Made by a program: the position numbers and the translations under genes. Of a stretch of DNA of 64,000 bases, positions 62,237 to 64,000 are shown in pieces; the stretch's first letter is position 1; each line of letters begins with the position of its first letter. Where the stretch lies: the NCBI RefSeq assembly GCF_902713615.1, contig NC_052158.1:30359990-30423989 (forward strand). The letters run 5' to 3'. The notes beneath the pieces are model-generated. The model saw nothing but the letters and a program-made list of their open reading frames with translations, was not told the origin of the DNA and ran no database searches. The DNA comes from Scyliorhinus canicula. Its lineage: Eukaryota.

Positions 62237-62264
62237 CAGAAAAAAGAACCGCTGCCCAGATCAT
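62237..62264 (-). CDS. Leader exon of a third NCR3-like paralog, or an alternative first exon of gene 2 (MIWAAVLFS-G)
   Basis: Direct paralog of the gene 1 leader (MIWAEVLLA-G), same 28 nt to a G|GTAACA donor. Lies in a ~500-bp block homologous to 32850-33330. Confidence 0.6.
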
Positions 62265-62859
62265 TATGTTCGGAATAATTTCTGTTCGCTGTCTCCAAAT
62301 AATAGACAGTCTAAAGGAAGCGTGGGTCATGAACGCTGCTCCTTTTAGTGCAAAGATCACTCTGGCCAGAATATGATGAAATGGAACATGTTGTTTACCA
62401 CTTTCTCGCTGTCTATTTTGGTAGACCTGGATTTGACTCTACCTCTCTCGGCTATGTTCAGTATTTTTTTTTTTGCATGCCTGTGCACCAGCGCTGCATT
62501 ATTTTGTCCGCTGAAGAACGAGTAATATAGGGTGCTGTAATTCCGAAATAAAAACACGACATTCTGGGGCTCTCAACTGGTCAGGTTAGAATCTATGGAG
62601 AACCCGGACACGTTAAGCTTCTCGGTGTAAGCTCTTCCTCAAAGACATCTGCTAGGGCCGCAAATGTTGACTGAAGGTTTTTGTGCTTCGAGCATTCCCT
62701 CTTTTTGTTCGGCTTCTATCACCAACATCCGTACCAATATAAATATTTGGTCATTGCTCTCTCTTGTACTTTTGGGAATTTGCATTTAATTTCTATAAAA
62801 ATGGAGTAGAAATACAATATTTACGCGGTTAGTTTAAAGAACCGTTTGAGATATTGATT

Positions 62860-64000
62860 GATTGATATTGATTGATATTTATTGTCACATGTACCAGAGT
62901 ACCGTGAAAAGTATTTATCTGAGGCCAAGGGAACGTACACAGTACATACGGAGTAGACAAAAGAATAATCGACAGAGTGCATTGACAATGGCACATCAAC
63001 AAATAGAGATTGTTTACAGTGCAGAACAAGGGACAAACAAGTGCAGCATAGGGCGTCGTGAATAGTGTTCTTACAGGGAACAGATCAGTTCAAGGGAGAG
63101 CCGTTGAGGAGTCTTAAAGCTGTGGAGAAAAAACTGTTCCTATGTACGGATGCGGGGTTCTTCAGACTTCTGTATCTTCTGCCTGATGGAAGGGTCTGGA
63201 AGAGGGCAAAGCTTGCGTGTGAGGCGTCTCTGACTCTGCTGCCTGTCTTTCTGGGGCGGTGGAAGGTGTACACAGAATCAATGGTAGGATGGCAAGATTG
63301 TGTGATGCATTGGGCAGAGTTCACCACACTCTGCAGTTCCTTACAATCTTGAGCCGATCAGTTGCCATACCAAACAGTAATGCAGCCGGATTGGACGCTC
63401 TCTATGGCACATCTATGGAACATCTGTGCGAGTCGATGTAGACATGCCGAATTTATTTTGTTTCCACAGGAAGTAGATAAGTTGTTGGGTTTTCTTGACT
63501 GTTGCATCAACGTGAGTGGGCCAGGACAGACTCATGGTGATGGTGACCCCAGGAAGTTAAAGCAATCGAGCATCTCTACTTCGGAGCCATTGATGTAGAT
63601 AGGGGGGGGGGGGGTAGTTCTACGTTTCCTGGTCGATCTTAAGTTCCTTGGTCTTTCCAATATTTAGAGAGAGGTTGCTTTCGGTACAGCATGCAACCAA
63701 GTGATCTACCTCCCTTCTGTAGTCTGATTCGTCCATGTTTGAGATACGTCCCACCACAGTCGTATCATCTGCAAACTTATAGATTGAATTGGAGTTGAAT
63801 CTTGCCACAGTCCTGTGTGCATAGGGAGTACAGTAGAGGACAGAGCACACATACGTGTGGGACCCCGATGTTGAGGACTATTGTGGAGGAGGTGTTGTTA
63901 CCTATCCTGACAGATTGCGGTCTGTTGGTGAGGATGTTAAGGATCCAGCTGCACAGGGAGGGGTGAAGTGCAATGTCGTAGAGTTTGGTTATGTCTTGTT
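62860..64000 (-). mobile_element. Rex1/Babar-like LINE 3' part; runs off the right window edge
   Basis: RT KFADDTTVVGRISNMDESDYRREV...NLSLNIGKTKE. AATAAA plus (ATCA)n tail at ~62860-62885. Confidence 0.8.

Noticed and set aside
1-64000. CRISPR arrays, operons or prokaryotic systems
   Set aside because: Vertebrate DNA with no regularly spaced repeat-spacer structure. Frameshifts at long G/C homopolymers may partly be sequencing errors, so I did not interpret them as programmed.

Overview
Eukaryotic, repeat-dominated DNA. The repeat content (tRNA-derived V-SINEs with a CR1 tail, Deu-domain SINEs, CR1 LINEs) suggests a cartilaginous fish, probably a shark; that is inference. Three main systems are present. 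(1) A minus-strand tandem cluster of NKp30/NCR3-like single-V-domain receptor genes that the ORF track shows only in part. I reconstructed them by hand from splice sites. Gene 1: leader 32864-32906, V 26897-27235, TM with Arg 8472-8576, candidate tail exons 8185-8278 and 6900-6942 encoding YEEI. Gene 2: leader 59473-59515, V 58153-58491, TM with Lys 56256-56393. A probable decayed gene 3 has a leader at 62237-62264. (2) Two diverged, defective copies (1-6301 minus; 34954-~42640 plus) of a retrovirus-like LTR element. Both have a degenerate Gypsy-type RNase H followed by a second RNase H, a tRNA-Arg-like PBS, and a conserved UGA-CGG between gag and protease, which suggests readthrough. (3) A Gmr1-type (integrase-before-RT) LTR element at 9902-20258 with a GGCAG target-site duplication. 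It contains an oppositely oriented relative, a solo LTR and stacked SINEs. The rest is CR1, L1-like, Rex/Babar-like and other LINE fragments, SINEs, and a tandem inverted MITE pair. No rRNA, true tRNA gene or CRISPR array was seen. All alignments and translations were done by eye. Repeat boundaries are approximate unless a TSD or splice site is quoted.
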